Assembly (NCBI GenBank): GCA_024137785.1
Contig: JAHRHZ010000031.1
Coordinates: forward strand, 17,441,653-17,505,652
Direction: 5' to 3'
Length of the DNA stretch: 64,000 nucleotides
DNA from: Ginglymostoma cirratum
Lineage: Eukaryota
Position numbers and translations under genes: made by a program. This document shows, piece by piece, positions 23,006-37,427 of the stretch (positions are counted from its first letter, which is position 1; the number at the start of each line of letters is the position of its first letter). The notes below the pieces were generated by a model, which saw only the letters and a program-made list of their open reading frames with translations, searched no databases and was not told the origin of the DNA.

Positions 23006-24650
23006 ATAAGAATGGGAGATATGAGGAGTAGGCTATTCAACCTTTCAAGCATTCCCTCCCATTCAATAGGCAATGGCTGATCTGCCCTAGGCATCTACTC
23101 TCCTCTCATGCCATCGCATCATTGTTCTCAAAGTCCCTGATATATTCAAACATCTAACTCCTCTTTAAAAGTTTCAGTGATTGAGCCTCCACAATTATCT
23201 TGGGTAGGGAATTTCCAGACATTCACTACTGCCTGAGATTAAAAAATATCCGTTATACCACATTTTCCCCTTACCTGCTTAGTTGTCCTTCGTTAGTCAA
23301 CCCTTTCAGCTCAAGAATCAATTCAGTGAATGACTTTTGAAGTGCGTGAAGTGCTAGCTTTTTTAAAATATTATACCCAAACAGTATGTAGTACTCCAGG
23401 TGCTGCATCACTAACAGCATACATAGTTGTGACAAGACTTCCCTTTTCTTAAAGATTGTTTGTTGATTTTGACAACTGCGGGCAACTACACACAGGCACT
23501 CATTGGGGAAACACATTCACATCCAAGCACTGATGCAACACATAGACCACAGCCGCCACCAAATCTGTGCACATGCAATTCAAAGCAGCACGTAGCACAC
23601 GTGTGTCTGTGTCAACAAACTGACCCATTTCTGGATTCCACGTCCCATCTTAATTATTTGCTGCACCTGCATGCTCGCTGCGTCTCAACCAGATCCATCT
23701 GTGCCGCATTTTTGGAGTCTCTCTCCATTTAAGTAATAATATGCCTTCTCATTATTCCTATCCAAGTGCATGACCTCACACTTTCCTACATTTAACTCCA
23801 TCTGCCAAGTTTTGCCCACTCATTCAAGCTGTCTATATCCCCTTGCAGATTTGTCATGACCTCGTCACAACATGCTACGCCACTGATGTTTGTATTACCA
23901 GCAAACTTACACACATTATATTTTGCCCTGGAGTCCAACATTTTGACCAAAATTTTTGCTGAGTGCCATGAGATAGCCGTTTAAATGTGTGGACATTGGC
24001 CTCCCCCTTAGTCTATTTTGTCAGTCACTTCAAACAATTTTCTTCCTACCTCTGTAATTGCCCTAAATTGAAGACAGTAGTTTGAGGCCCACATTCCTTC
24101 CTCTCGAACTGAATAAGAAACCCTACCATGTTGCAACTGATCCTTAACTACAAGATTTCTTGTTAATTCTACCTGTTTCACATTACTGGATCCAAAATAG
24201 CCTGTTTCCAGATTGTTGCACGTGCTTTAACTGCACTAAGAAAAAGGCCCTAATGCACTCAAATTCATCTGCCATGCTATCCCTGGCCAACTGATTTGTC
24301 CAGTCAATGGGCAGATTAAACCACCTATGACAATTTAGTGCCCTTGTCACATACCACCATTACTTCCTGAATTAGACCAGTGAGGCAGCTTTTCAGGAGC
24401 CTGCAGATGACTCCAACCCAAGACTTCTTTCCATTGTTATTCCTTATTTCCACCCAAACTGATTTCATATCATGATCTAATGGATCAATTTCATAACTCA
24501 CTACTATACTGATACCTTCCTTTACTTAGAAAATTACCTCAGTTCCTTTTCTTCTTTGCCTATTCTTCCAGAACATCAAATACTCTTGAATATTAAGTTT
24601 CCAGTTTCGATTGCCCTGCAACCATGTCTGAGCAACAGATATCAAGTCTC
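23005..24650 (-). mobile_element. CR1 LINE fragments
   Basis: 3' tail cataagaatgggagatatgaggagtaggc; HLEYYILF and WQMELNVGKCEVMHLD motifs on the minus strand. Confidence 0.75.
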
Positions 24651-25305
24651 ATTCATTTATTTCCACTTGTGCCACCAAATCATCTATCAGTATCCATTTC
24701 TCAACCAATCAACACTCATATCTCTGACAGTACAAATATTTTTTCTCAAATTGGTATTCTTGCAAACAGTTCTCAAGAGCAAAACAACTACTCAGAAGCC
24801 AGTTCATGTCTTTATCTGTATATTATTTCACCAGAGAATTGACACCACCAGTTCAGACAAGCAACTTATCTGGAGTGAAATTCATCAAGTCGTAAAACAT
24901 GCGCTTTTCTTGAATACTCTTCCACTGAATACAAATAGTTGCAAACATTTGGCACTCCAAAACTCAATACTGTGACTGGAGAGCTGAGACGAGGAGACAG
25001 AAATGTCAATGACACAACAATGAGAAACCTGGATGGGGAAACTCTGACAATATTGAGCAAAAAAAGCATGTTAAGGAGAAGTGGGACAAAATTTATCTAA
25101 TTTACTTCTTTCCTACCAAAAATAAATAATAAAAAGAGGCTATGAATGTAATAAATTCACTCATATTTATAAATGCACATGAATTCATTGACCCAGATTT
25201 CACTTCAGACTCAATATTTTCACTTTAGCTTTCCATGCAAAAAAACTAGTTTCATTCTAAAATCACAATAATGGTTCTTTTTAACAGAAATTGAGGCTCC
25301 TTTAC

Positions 25306-25488
25306 CTGATTTCACTCTCTCATATTCTGTTGGAGTGTGTGCATTACCTATATATGGGCTGAAAGGCTGGCTGCTAAAGAGATTTTCGCACTGCAAACTG
25401 TAACAGAGCTTCTCCAGAAATCTCAATACAAATGAGACGCTATTTACTGATGGAAGCTTCACAGTATGCTTCTCTCCATCAAATGTGG
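25306..25488 (-). CDS. scml2: SCML2-like exon, SLED C-half (ATFDGEKHTVKLPSVNSVSFVLRFLEKLCYSLQCENLFSSQPF...VKS)
   Basis: 183 nt, phase 1 to 1; acceptor cttgtag|CC, donor TCAG|gtaaag; VLRFLEKLC..LQC.NLFS motif. Confidence 0.94.
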
Positions 25489-25619
25489 CTACAAGAGGAA
25501 AAAGATGATAAGTGGAAAGTGCTCGTTGGACAAAGTGCAAAACACTTCAACAAATAGTACAACAGAAAATAAATTAATGATATGTGAACCTTAAAAATAC
25601 CTAATATCCAATATATCAA

Positions 25620-26900
25620 AATTACAGAAGAATAGAATTGCAGGGGGTCATTCGGCCCAATGCTTCTGCACATTTTGACCGAGTGCCGAACTCCTGCCTT
25701 TACCCCATAAACGCTGCACATTATTTAAACAACCTTCGAACGTCCTCTTGAATGTCTCAATTGAATTTGCCTTCAATGCACTTCCAGGCACAGCATTCCA
25801 AACTTGGGACTATTCGCTTTGTGTCAAAGCCTTTTCTCACTTTATTTGCTTGTCTTGCAAGACACTTTCAAACCGTGCCCTCTGATTCTCAATCTCGAGG
25901 AGCAGGAACGGTTTCTCCCTTTCTACTCTGTCTAGGTACTCCTAGAAAGGTTTCAAAAACCTCTCAGATTTTCCCTTAGTCTTCTACTCTTCAAGGAAAA
26001 CAAAAGTTCCAATTTCTCCAATTTATCCCTGTAACTGAAATTTCTCATCTGTGGAATCATTCTCTCAAATCTCTTCAGCTCTGTCTTCCAATGCATTGCA
26101 AAACTTTTCCTCAAGTATGGCATCCAGAACTGTACACAATACTCAAAAGGTGAGATCCGTACAGTGCCCTGAACAGGTTCAGTGGAACATTGCTGATCTT
26201 AACGCACTCTGCCCTATTAATGAAGCTTAGAACACAGAACGTTTTGTTAGTAGCTCTATCTGTCCTTCCAGCATTAATGGCTCATGCATATTTACATTCA
26301 GGTCTTTCTACACCTGCACAGCTTTTAGAATAGAACCCTTTATTTTACACTCGCTTTCCGTGGTCTTTGTACCAAAGTTTATCACTTCATACTTGTTCAC
26401 TTTGAACTTTATCTGTCATCAACCCACCCATTTCAACTTGCCAATGTCTCTTTCAACTTCTACACTTTCATCCTCACAGTTGACAAATTTTCTAAGTTTG
26501 TGTCATTTGCCATCTTTTAAATTGTCCCCTGCAAACCAAGATCTAGGTCAATTTATACAAGTCAAAGTCCTAATACCAAAACTGGCAGAATTTCACAACA
26601 AACTTTTCTCCATTCATTAACTATTACACTGCCAATTTTGTATCCATGTTGTTACTGTCCCTTTCTTCCAATTTTCAAGTGTAGCATTGTATTGAATGCC
26701 TTTTGGATGTCCACCAATACCACAACAGCCTTGTCCTCCTCAATCCTGTTACCTTTCAAAAGGCACATCAGTTAGACACTATTTTCCCACAACAAATTTA
26801 TGATTACCCTACAGAATTACTGCACATTTTTCCAAGTGACTATTCATTCTATCCCGAATAATCGTCTTTAGAAATTTCCTTTCAAAGATAAATTGATAGG
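25620..26900 (-). mobile_element. CR1 LINE 3' portion
   Basis: Tail acagaagaatagaattgcagggggtcattcggccc; decayed RT motifs. Confidence 0.75.
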
Positions 26901-27149
26901 CCCAGCAATTACAGTCAAATCTTTACAACAAATTATATGAGCAAGTTAATAAACAGAACATGACGTAACATATGTTTTTCAAGATTGCAACAAATAACAC
27001 AAATTTGGATTAGAAAAAGAAAAAAAAACAGAATTCCAGCAATTTTATATTGAATAAATGTCAATTTAAATTTGGACAGACTATCTTAAGTGCTTTTATC
27101 CCTTTGGAATGTCAGATAAAGGAAATAAATAAAGCCTTCATCCTAAAGT

Positions 27150-29960
27150 ATAGGACCATAAAATATAGGAGCAGAATTATCCACTTAGCTCCTCAACCTT
27201 ATACTCCTGCCTTGTCCCCATAACCTTTGATATCCTTACTAATCAAGAACGTACCTATCCCATCTTAAATACAATGACTTGGCCTCCACAACCCTGTGAC
27301 AATGAGACACCCAGATTCATCACCTTCTGGCTGAAGAAATTTCTCGTCACCTCAGTTCTGAAGTGTTGTCCCTTCACTGAGGCTGTGCCCTCGGATCCGG
27401 ACTCTCCTACTAGTGGAAACATCTCCACGTCCACTCTGTTCAGGCTTCTCAGTACTCTTAAGTTTCAATTATACCCGGTCCCCGCCCGCCAAACCGCCCA
27501 TCCTCAACTCCACTGAATGCAAGCCCAGAGTCCTCAACCGCAACTTGTGACAAACCTTTCATTCCCAGATCATGCTTCTGGAGCCCCTCCAACACCAGCA
27601 CCTCCTTCCTTAGATAGGGGGCCCAAAATTGCTCTCAATATTTCAACTAGGGTCTGACAAGAGCCTTATACAGCCTCAGCAGTACATCCCCGCTTTTGCC
27701 TTCTAGCTCTTGAAATTAATTCTTGAAATGAATGCCAACATTGCATTTGCCTTCCTAACTGCCAAATGATCTTGTACGTTAACCTTAAGAATCGTAAACT
27801 AGCATTGAGTCTCTTTGTGCTTCAGATTTCTGAAGCCTTTCCCCAATTACAAAATAGCCTATGCCTCCACCCTTCTCAGCAAAGTGCATAACCTCACATT
27901 TTCCCACACTGCATTTCATTTGCCACTTCTTTGCCCACTCTCCTGGCCTGCCCACGTCCTTTGCAGCTTCCTTGCCTACACAACACCACCTGTTCCTATA
28001 CCTATCTGCAAACTTAGCAACAATGCCCTTACTTCCTTTGTCCAAATTGTTACTGTATAATATGAATAGTTGTAAACCCAACACCGACCCCTGCAGAATT
28101 CCAATAGTCACCAACTGCCATTCTGAAAAAGACCCCTTTCTTTCTACTCTGTGCCTTCTGTCAGTAAGCCAATCCTCTATCCATGTCAGTATCCTGCCCA
28201 TAACCCCTGGGCTCTTATTATACTGAGGAGCAACCTAAGCGGCATCTTGTCAAAGGCCTTCTGGAAATCCAAACAGATCACATCACGAGCTCTCCTTTGT
28301 CGAACTTGCTTCTCAAAGAACACTAACATTTGTCAGGCATCACCTCCCATCGAAGCTGTGCAAACTATTTTACCGTGCACTTCCAGGCACTCTGCATTCT
28401 CATCCTTAATAACATACTCAAATCTTACTAACAACTGAAATCAGAGTAGCCACTTATAATTTCCGACCTCCTGCCTGTCTCCCTTCTTTCGTAAACAGGG
28501 GTGTTCCATTTGCCATTTGCCAGTCCTCTGGGACCCTCCCTGACTCCAATGATTCCTGAAAGATGACCACCAATGCCTCCACAATCTCCTCAGCTATCTC
28601 CTTTAGAACACTGGGCACAGTCCATTTGGTCCAGGTGAAAGCACTTTCATACTTTTCAACTTCCCCAACTCCTTCTCCTTCACGATGGCCACTACACTCA
28701 AAGTTGCAGATATTCCCCTGGTGTTTTCTACCATGAACAGTGGTGCAAAGTAACTATTCAGTTCCTCTGCCATTCCTTTGTTTCCCATTACTAATTCTCC
28801 AGCCTCATTTTCCAGCAGTCCAATTTCCATTTTGGCCCCCCTTATCTTTTATATATATCAAAACTCCTGCAATCTTCTTTTATATTACTAGCTATATCAC
28901 ACTCATATTTCATATTTCATCTTGCCTCTCCCCCTTCCCCCTCGCTTTTTCAGTTGTCCTCTGCTAGTTTTTAAAAGGCTTCCCAATTCTCTCGCTTCCT
29001 ACTAATTTTCACCACATCGTATGCTTTTCGCTTTGCTTTTATGGTATCCCTGATTTCATTTATCAGCCATGGCTCCCTCACCCTCCCTCAGTAAATTTCT
29101 TCCTTTGGATGAACTTCTGTGCTTCCCTAATAACTCCTAGAGCTCATGCCATTGCTGCTCCACTGTATGACCTGCTGGGCTCCCCTTCCAATCAACTCTG
29201 GCCAGCTCCCCCCTCAGGTCTTTCTAGTGACCTTTACTCAATTGTAATATCATTACATCTGATTCCAGTTTCTCCCTCTCAACTGCAGACTGAATGTTAT
29301 CATATTGTGGTCTCTGCCCCCAGGGGTTCCTTCACCTTCTTGAAGAAATCTGCTTCATTACACATCAAATCCAGTACTGCCTGTTCCGTGGGGTCTACCA
29401 CAAGCTGCTCCAACAAAAAACTCTCTCATTGACATTCCACAAATTCCTTGTCTCGGGATCTGCTATCAGCTTGATGTTCCCAGTCCAGCTGCATACTCAA
29501 GTCTCCCATGATTACTATCATGTTGCCTTTCTAACACTTCTTCTGTCTCCTGATTTATTTTCTGCTCCACATCCTGACTACTTCTAGGAGGCTTGTACAC
29601 AACTCAGATCAGGGCCTTTTCTCCTTTGCCATTCCTCAACCCGATCCACATAGATTCTATGCCTTCCAAACCTACATTGCTTCTCGCTATTGATTTAATT
29701 TAATTTCTTACTAACAAGACAACCCCATCTAACTGCCTGCCCTTTTGAAAGGCCATGTAGCCTTGGATTGTTAGTTGCCAGCTCTGAACACCTTGTCTCT
29801 ATGGTGCTCACACAGCACACCCACCAATTTTAATCTGCACTGCAAGCTCATTAAGATTGTTTTATATATTGCGTGTATTTAAATACAACACCCTCAGTCC
29901 TGTGTTGGCTGCCCTCTTTCTCATAGTTGTCCCCTTTTTTGCTGTGCCTCGAGTTAGATT
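27150..29960 (-). mobile_element. Long decayed CR1 LINE (ORF2 EN to RT to 3' end)
   Basis: ORFs 27785..28201 (WIEDWLTDRR..QGSVLG..KFAD..WQMKCSVGKCEVMHF) and 28603..28830 (MAEELNSYF..SPGPNG). Confidence 0.9.
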
Positions 29961-31342
29961 TCTGACCCTTTCCATACACTGTCCTATTACTTCTGGAAAC
30001 TTCAACAACCTCTCCTGAACCCTCTTTCCCCTTCAAGTTATAAACCGCTTGTAGTCTTGATTTACTCCATCAATTCATCTATTTTATTCTGAACGCTTTC
30101 GTAAAATGTAATCTGACTAGGTTATATATGACAACTTGCACTTTCATAGTGTGTTTAACATTGCAACTTCTGAGCAACTTAAAAATTTGTAGGATGTTTT
30201 GGAAACTACACAACAACATTGCAATAAAAGAAACATCCATTCGGTTAGATCAGTTACTATTTAATTCCTTTGCCCTTGAAATTACTACCTTTGACCACTT
30301 GCAACTGTGTGGCTAGCAATTGCAAATTAATAGCTTAGTTATACACAAATGGCTTGCGAATGAATATTTGTTGGAAGAGTCACATAAGCTCTCTACAATG
30401 AAGCATACATTCTTTCAATTTGTAGGTCAAAGTCATTATTATTTCAGGCAATTATCTTCCAATTCTTTTGATTTTTTTGTAATCAATTTTTATTCTTCTC
30501 CAAAAGACTTCGTATATCCCTCTTCTCCCATAGTAGTGTCTTCCCGACAAAGAAGTTGATTTTTAAAACAAAAAACTTTGCTTCTTTGATCTACTTCTCA
30601 CCTTGGTTTTAAGAACCAGCCACATTTTCCAACATAATTAATCAACTTGAGCCCTCTGGTAGTCCGAAAATTAAAGAACCTGTTAAATTGTCAGATGTCA
30701 ATTTAAAGTGGGATCTAGCATATTAGAAAGCAAATAGAGGAGGAAGGATTCCAAAGACAAGTTGTATCTATGAAGATAAAATTAGGAAATCAGGCATAGT
30801 TAAAGACAAGATGGTGTTCCAGTGGGTGAAGATGCAGTTTATATGTATCACAAACTCATGCAAGACTTTCACTCAGCACCATTGCTTCTGAAGAATGAGA
30901 AGTTTAAAATAACAAAGCAAGTAAGTTTAGAATTAGTTGACATAGATAGATGCAGGTCTATAAATTTAAAGGCAACAAACTGTTTGAAAATCACCACATT
31001 TGTCACATCAGAAACTATCTTAGTTTTGCTTTAAGTGGAAAGACATTTGGTGTGCATTGAAATCATGACTCCCTATATTTCCTTACTTATTGTTTCAAAA
31101 AAACTGTCATTCATGATAAATACATTGATCATACAGCTTTAAGATTTCAACTACTAAACCTTCCAGTTGAAAAAACTGATAAATTACTCTGTTGCCAGCA
31201 GTGAGTCTGAGTAAAATTATGGGTAATTCATTGAACCTTAGCTCTAGCATTTGGGTTAGGCTTTGCTAACATGCATTTTGAATCATTATTCATATAAAAC
31301 AATTCAAATTTTGCCAATGACTGTCAACTGGAATCTAATTTA

Positions 31343-31605
31343 ATCATAGAAAACCTCTTCTGCAGAAAGAGACCATTCGACCCATTGAGTCTGTATCAAC
31401 CCTCTGAACAGCATTCCATCCAGTCTCAAACCTCACGCTATCCCTGCATTTAACACATCATCCTAACCTGCATATCTTTGGACTGTGGAGGGAAACCAAA
31501 ACAGAGCAGGGGAGAACTTGCATAGCCCACTGTCACCAAGGCTGGAATTGAACTTGGGTCCCTGGGGCTGTGAGGCAACAGTGCCAACCACTGAGCCACT
31601 TTGCT
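31343..31605 (-). mobile_element. HE1-type SINE
   Basis: tRNA-like head (gtggctcagtggttggcactgttgcctcacagc...agttcaattcc on the minus strand), V-core and atcatagaa tail. Confidence 0.8.
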
Positions 31606-32313
31606 CCCCAAAATAATAATACACTGAAGTATAATCAGTATATAACAGTAAAAATACAGAATTTAATCTAAATTTCCTTCACAGTTCTTAACATTTAGTC
31701 ACTTTCAAAGATCTACTTCAGACTGTCTGTCATGTACCTAGTAAGCCTACACTGATGGTCTCCACTTGTTATTTGTTGTCTAGCTATCTAAGCTAAAAAT
31801 CACAATTTTGTAATTCACAATCAACTTATTTAACTTCTACCTTAGCAATACTGGAGAACAGATGCAAGGTACAGTACATTGTACTGTTACGTTCAGCAGA
31901 ATAAAATATTGCCATAAAATAACTTCAACTGCATTTCAAAGTGCAGTGGACAGAATTTCAATCAAGGCCTTGAAAACACAATTAGATAATTAATTGAAAA
32001 CGTACCATTTACAAAGCTACAGAGAAAAGGCAGAAAAACAGGAAAAGGAGAACTGCTGGTACAGAGAGATGGTATAGGCAATATGGGCCAAATAGCCACA
32101 GCCTATGCTATAAACATTCTACAAATCTACATGAAATGCATCCAATTGACCAAAACACACTTTGAACTCACGACAGGCACAATATAAATTCATTTCTTTA
32201 CTCAAATATTCGGTATAGATGAAATAAATCATATCTGAACAGACTGAATAAACATCTTTCTTTACCAACATTTCTAATTAAATTTAAAAAAATACAGCGA
32301 CTTTTTGCCCCAC

Positions 32314-32517
32314 CTGTTATTGCCTCTCCACCATGATGGCCAGACTTAAGAAAGGAGAAGACTGTTTTAGCCTGGTAGGCACAATCAACACAACCCTGTA
32401 CAGCCTGTTGAAGCACTGTTGGTACAGGACCAGGTCCAAAATGATCTGGAAGCTGTTGAATGTTTTTTTTATTCAAATGTGGTCCACAGTTTCCATGCTT
32501 GTTAACGTACACACAAA
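32314..32517 (-). CDS. scml2: SCML2-like exon, SLED/DUF3588 N-half (VCVYVNKHGNCGPHLNKKNIQQLPDHFGPGPVPTVLQQAVQGCVDCAY...)
   Basis: 204 nt, phase 1 to 1; acceptor ttacag|TT, donor ACAG|gtgggg; LPDHFGPG SLED motif. Confidence 0.96.
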
Positions 32518-33434
32518 CTGTAATAAAAGAGTTGATATTAAACATTAATACTTCAGCTTGATCTAGTCAATGAATTTATTAACTAGTAACCAACACTAAA
32601 TAATAGCTGCTAGCCTAATTTTTTTATCCTTTAAATGAATCACTTGGGTAACTTCTGTGCTGACCAAGTACACTTTAATAGTCTTATGATCTTTTAAAGA
32701 TGCTTTTGTAATCCTTTTACCAATTTGCTTGTCATGCCACGACTAAATTCTAAAGTGCACGGTTAACCTTGTCTGGAAACATAACAATCACATCTTAACA
32801 TTTATATGGATAAACCAACTGTAGTTGGTAAATATGTAAACTGTGGTAAGGAAAAGAGTACGTAAACATACTTTGTATGACACCTCACCCAGAAGAGCAA
32901 ATTACTTAGGATTGAGGTTGATTAAAATGTTGAAGTTTTAATGTTGAGAAGTGGATTATTAGTCTAACTCTATGCATCAATGCCTTGGATAAAGAAATGC
33001 AATAACATGTTTGTAAAATGTTTAGAATTTTTGTTCAAGAAAACTTCTTTAAAGGCTACGCAGAATTGTGACCTTCAGAATCTTTTGCAAGAGCTGTTAA
33101 GAACAGCATAGCCCTGTGAGGGTCTGTGAACTGAAATGTAAAGAAATTATGACAGCAGACTAAATCATGTGACAAAGGTTGGGATATGCCCTAAGAGGGC
33201 AGACCAAAGATTATCAGTCAACTCAACACTTGGAGAGATGTTGCCACAGATATGCAGGAAATAAGCTCTGAAGTCATGTTAAGATACAGCTGTGTACTGC
33301 TGCCCATGTTACCGTTCACTTCCGTTGGTTAAATGTGATAACAACTGTCATTCAATTATTGTCTGCAACTGTGTGCGGTCCTTGACTAATCCAGCAAGTC
33401 TGAAATCTAACAGCAAGGTAAGGATGGCAAGTAC

Positions 33435-33525
33435 CAAAACCAGAAATTGCTGGAAACACTCAGCCAATCTGGCAGAGTCTGCGGAGAGAAAGCGGAGTTT
33501 TCAGGTCCAGTGACCCTTGTTCAGA
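33435..33525 (-). mobile_element. Penelope pLTR-derived solo unit
   Basis: Minus strand tCTGAACAagggtcactggacctGAAA...gccagattggctgagtgtttccagcaatttctgg. Confidence 0.65.
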
Positions 33526-34830
33526 TTATCTTGTTTAAGAATGGCATTACCTTAGGATATAATGGTTTTTGACACTCAGCATCAACAATGCATTGTAGGT
33601 TCAAAAGATTGGGTGCTGTGCAGATAAATCCAGAGCAAAGCTCCCTACACATTGTTCTAACATGCTCCAGTCTCAAAACGGTCTCCTGAGAAGTGCAATT
33701 TTCCTTATTATCCATTATTTTGGTTTCTTAGAACAGAATGTCAATTTCACGTTGAATTAAGGACAGCTCTTTGACATGGCAAATCAACTCATTAGGAGTG
33801 AGAAAGAAGCATTTCAAATGGAGTTCTTATGCCTAATATTAAGGAGAGAAGTCTTCCTACCCATCAGCTGGGCATAAATTCAAATCTGAGTTTCAAGTGG
33901 CACAATAGCATGCTAATTCACCACTGCATCAAATTCCTTAAATTGTAACCTTGAAAACGCAACTGAACAATTAATTTATTTACTTGGTTAAACTTAACCA
34001 CCTTCATCAGTTTTAAAATCACATCACTCCAGTACACTGCAACATGTAACTAGCTACAACAAACAGGATACAGAAGTTAGAGTACTGCAAGGCTTAACGT
34101 CACTTTGACTGTAGGCAAAAATTCTATGCACAGAGCATTTTTTCAAAGCCGAGGAATAATGATGTACTAATCTGTTTTTCACAGCAGTCAAAGTGAGCTT
34201 TTGGAAATCTGATCTGATTATGTACCAAATTTAAATTACATTAATTAATCCTTCAAAAATTGCAATTGTTATTCTGTGTACTTTGTGAATATCCAAACAT
34301 TAAACTTTTAATAATGTAATACTTGGCATTCATCTGGCTCAAATATTTTCTTGGAAATCTCAAAATTATTATACGTAAACTAAACTAAATTGAAACAATT
34401 TCCTAACTCTGGTTCCTTGGGTTTCAAGCAAGTTAATTTAATTTCAGTTATTAAACATTAAGTTGTTAGACATCAAGTCATGTGTTATTATACACCATTG
34501 AACTTTATGAAGTTGTCTTCACTTAGATCATAAATTTAATGTTAGTTCAAAAAAGTACATGTTTTTCATTTCACTTCATAATACTCAGATATCAAATTTT
34601 CGCAGAATACTTAATGAAATGTTTCTCTCAGGATATATGCCCTAATTTCAAATTGCAAGAGCAAAATTGATCATTAAAAAAGCGTTCAGAATATGTTCAT
34701 CATTCATGTACAAGGAATAAAGAACCGACTGCTTACAACCACAACCACGCTATATCCTAACAGGCAATTTGCAGACAGCTTTTTTAAATTCACTATTGCT
34801 TATTAGTTTGAAATGACTAGTGACGTTTAC

Positions 34831-34966
34831 CTGTAGACATTACAGATGGAGTTGTATTGTGAATACTAGCAGCATCTTGATGCACTTGGGCACTGCTAAT
34901 ATCAGGTTCAGGGGTTGTTGTGGTAGGAGAGGGAGGATGTGGACTCTGTGTGCTTCTTGACTTCCT
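34831..34966 (-). CDS. scml2: SCML2-like exon (RKSRSTQSPHPPSPTTTTPEPDISSAQVHQDAASIHNTTPSVMST)
   Basis: 136 nt, phase 0 to 1; acceptor ttttcag|AGG, donor ACAG|gtaaac; phases match both neighbours. Confidence 0.88.
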
Positions 34967-35087
34967 CTGAAAAGTAAAAAAAGCTTGAAAATTTCTACTA
35001 ACTGTGCATAAATTATTGCAATGTGATTTTTTCGATACTTCAAGAACAGTCACTGACCCCAAAGTTTAACCATACATTTCCTAGATC

Positions 35088-35426
35088 AGATCACAGAATC
35101 CCTACAGTGTGGAGACAAGCCATTCAGCCCAACAAGTCCACACCGCCCCTCTGAAGAGCATCCCACCCAGACTCATTCCTCTACCCCTGCATTACCCAAG
35201 TCTAACCCACCTAACCTAACATCCCTGGACATTATGGGCAATTTAGCATGGCCAATCCACTTACCCTGCACATCTTTGGACTGTGGGAGGGAAAAACGGA
35301 GCATCCGGAGAATGCACAAACAGACACAGGGAGAATGCGCAAACTCCACAGAGACAGTTACACGAGGGTGGAATTGAACCCCCTTTCCCCTGGCACTGTG
35401 AAGCAATGCCAACCCCTGAGCCACCC
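35088..35426 (-). mobile_element. HE1-type (V-SINE) near full-length copy
   Basis: A box (ggtggctcagggg), B box (ggttcaattcc), V-domain tgtggagtttgcgcattctccctgtgtctg, CR1-like tail. Confidence 0.88.
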
Positions 35427-36848
35427 TTGATATTTGAAAATGTGACAAGGTTGAGAAATTTCACTCTCCTTGTTTCATTTACAACTGTGCATCAAGTCAT
35501 GACACCGATTTCAGTACAAACTGAAGTCTCTTCCTACCACTACAGATTTTAAAAACAATTTCTTAATTAATTTTGTTACATCACTGGTAAGTAAACTACT
35601 TACTTTTCGTTACCTAAGGAATGGCCCTGTATTTGTGTGCATGATGCTGCATTGCATTAAAATATTTAATTTATACTGCCTGCTTTACTTTTGCCAGTAT
35701 TTTATGTTCCACTCTTTGGTGGCTTTGGAAGCTGGTATGGCACTTAATTAGACAGCACCCCAATTGAGTCAGCAGCACAAAAGCCAATGAATTATCTTTC
35801 CATTCACTGCCAATTTAGCCTGTAGGTGGGAAATTAATGCCCAATTAAGGGTCTTTTCCCATCACTGCTGGAATTAACTTCGGAATGAGGAAGTGAGCTG
35901 GCCAGTCACCAACTGGGAAGCGCAACATGTAGATCTCTGTGGTCTCATTGGAGTGCCTCATTTAAAATCACTTAGTGCCTGATCGAGATACCTGGTGTCA
36001 GGAAGGGATAACATACTGAGTACCACCCACCCCTGCCCTAATTGCCAAACTTCCTTGACCCATACCTCACAAAGCCCTTCCACTAACACTTGTATCCTTG
36101 GCCTGCAGCAGCCAACAACCTTCTAGTGACGCCTGAATAAAAGAGCGGCTGGCCTCTGTGTGTATGACCACGGCCGCCCCGGTTCTAATCCTGTGAAAAG
36201 CCTGCCAGTAACTTAACTGTTTGATGAGCTCATAATATAGTGGGATTTCCTAGGATTAGATAGCACAGATTCCTCATTGCCTTCATAACATTTCACATCA
36301 TTGTGTACAGAGAGGTACTGGAATTGGTCAGACAGAGAAGAGGAAGAAGCTTAGACAGAATGAGTTAGAACAATGGGTAGAAAAGAAATACAGTCATAGA
36401 GAGAAACATGGAATGGGAAGAAGGTGGAAAACTCCATCAGCAGGGTACAAGAGTGAGCTCTTCTGTCTTGCAGAGATGAACTACCTACTGTCGGTACATT
36501 TGGCTAATTGACAAGGAAAGCTGTCTTGCTTTTCTTATACATCAAAGTGGCATCATGCTTGGTTTATTTTGACTGTTTACTACCAGAAAGTTTATAAAAG
36601 TCCTTTTCAAGGCTGTTTAATTGATGATAGGTTGAAAACAAGTAAATTTTCTTACAGGTTCTCAGCATAAGTCAGTGCCACTTGTGACTAATTGTCTTCT
36701 ATTTAAAAATGAAAGCCTACCGACAATATTTTAACACTAACCTCTTTGCTACATATCAGTTTTCATTTTGGAGTATTATGGTGGTTTTTAGTAATAAGGA
36801 CTCTGGTCTAACTAATGGGAAGTCTTTCATGCCTATTTAGTCGCAGGG

Positions 36849-37000
36849 TCAGAGTCGTAGCTGAGACAGACCCTTCAATCCAACCAGTCCACGCAGAACA
36901 TAATCCTAAACAAAACTAGTCCCACCTGCCTGCTCCTGGCCCATATCCCTCCAAACCTTTTCTATTCATATATTCATCCAAATGTCTTTTTAAAATTGTT
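36849..37000 (-). mobile_element. CR1 LINE 3' tail
   Basis: Matches the 59290-59440 tail (aactagtcccacctgcctgc...ggcccatatccctcca). Confidence 0.75.
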
Positions 37001-37427
37001 GCTGATAATGGCTGAACTCACTTGATGTCCTACTTGGGCTGGGAGGTTTCACTATGATGAAAGCACCATTTAAAATACAACTCATCACCATCAATGAGTC
37101 ACCATACAACTATCATGTGCAGCATCAATAGAATGTAGCAGCCAGTCACTTTTTAAACCAAAACAGTTACTTCCAAATTAACAATATCCCTTCACAGAAA
37201 TATCAGTAGGATTAAATATACATTCACCTCTACTATACAACAAAAACATCATTTGTTAAGAGAGAGATAATGGTTCAAGATATTGTTCCTGTCAAAATAC
37301 AAATGAAACTCAACAATAAATTTTGTCTATTACAATTCACAACATAAAATCCTTGAAAATGTATCAACGTGCAGAATACTAGATTTGGGAACATTTCAAT
37401 TATATAATTATACCCGTTTGAACGAAC

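Noticed and set aside
24556-24975. 139-aa plus-strand ORF
   Set aside because: Partly antisense to CR1 remnants; no homology or splice structure evident.
35740-36260. Possible old MITE or DNA-transposon-like sequence (also ~21700-22230)
   Set aside because: I could not define termini, TIRs or TSDs by eye.
37414-37427. Alternative donor CGG|gtataa 14 nt downstream of the RBR exon donor
   Set aside because: It would shift the frame relative to the next exon; 37428 gives the matching phase.
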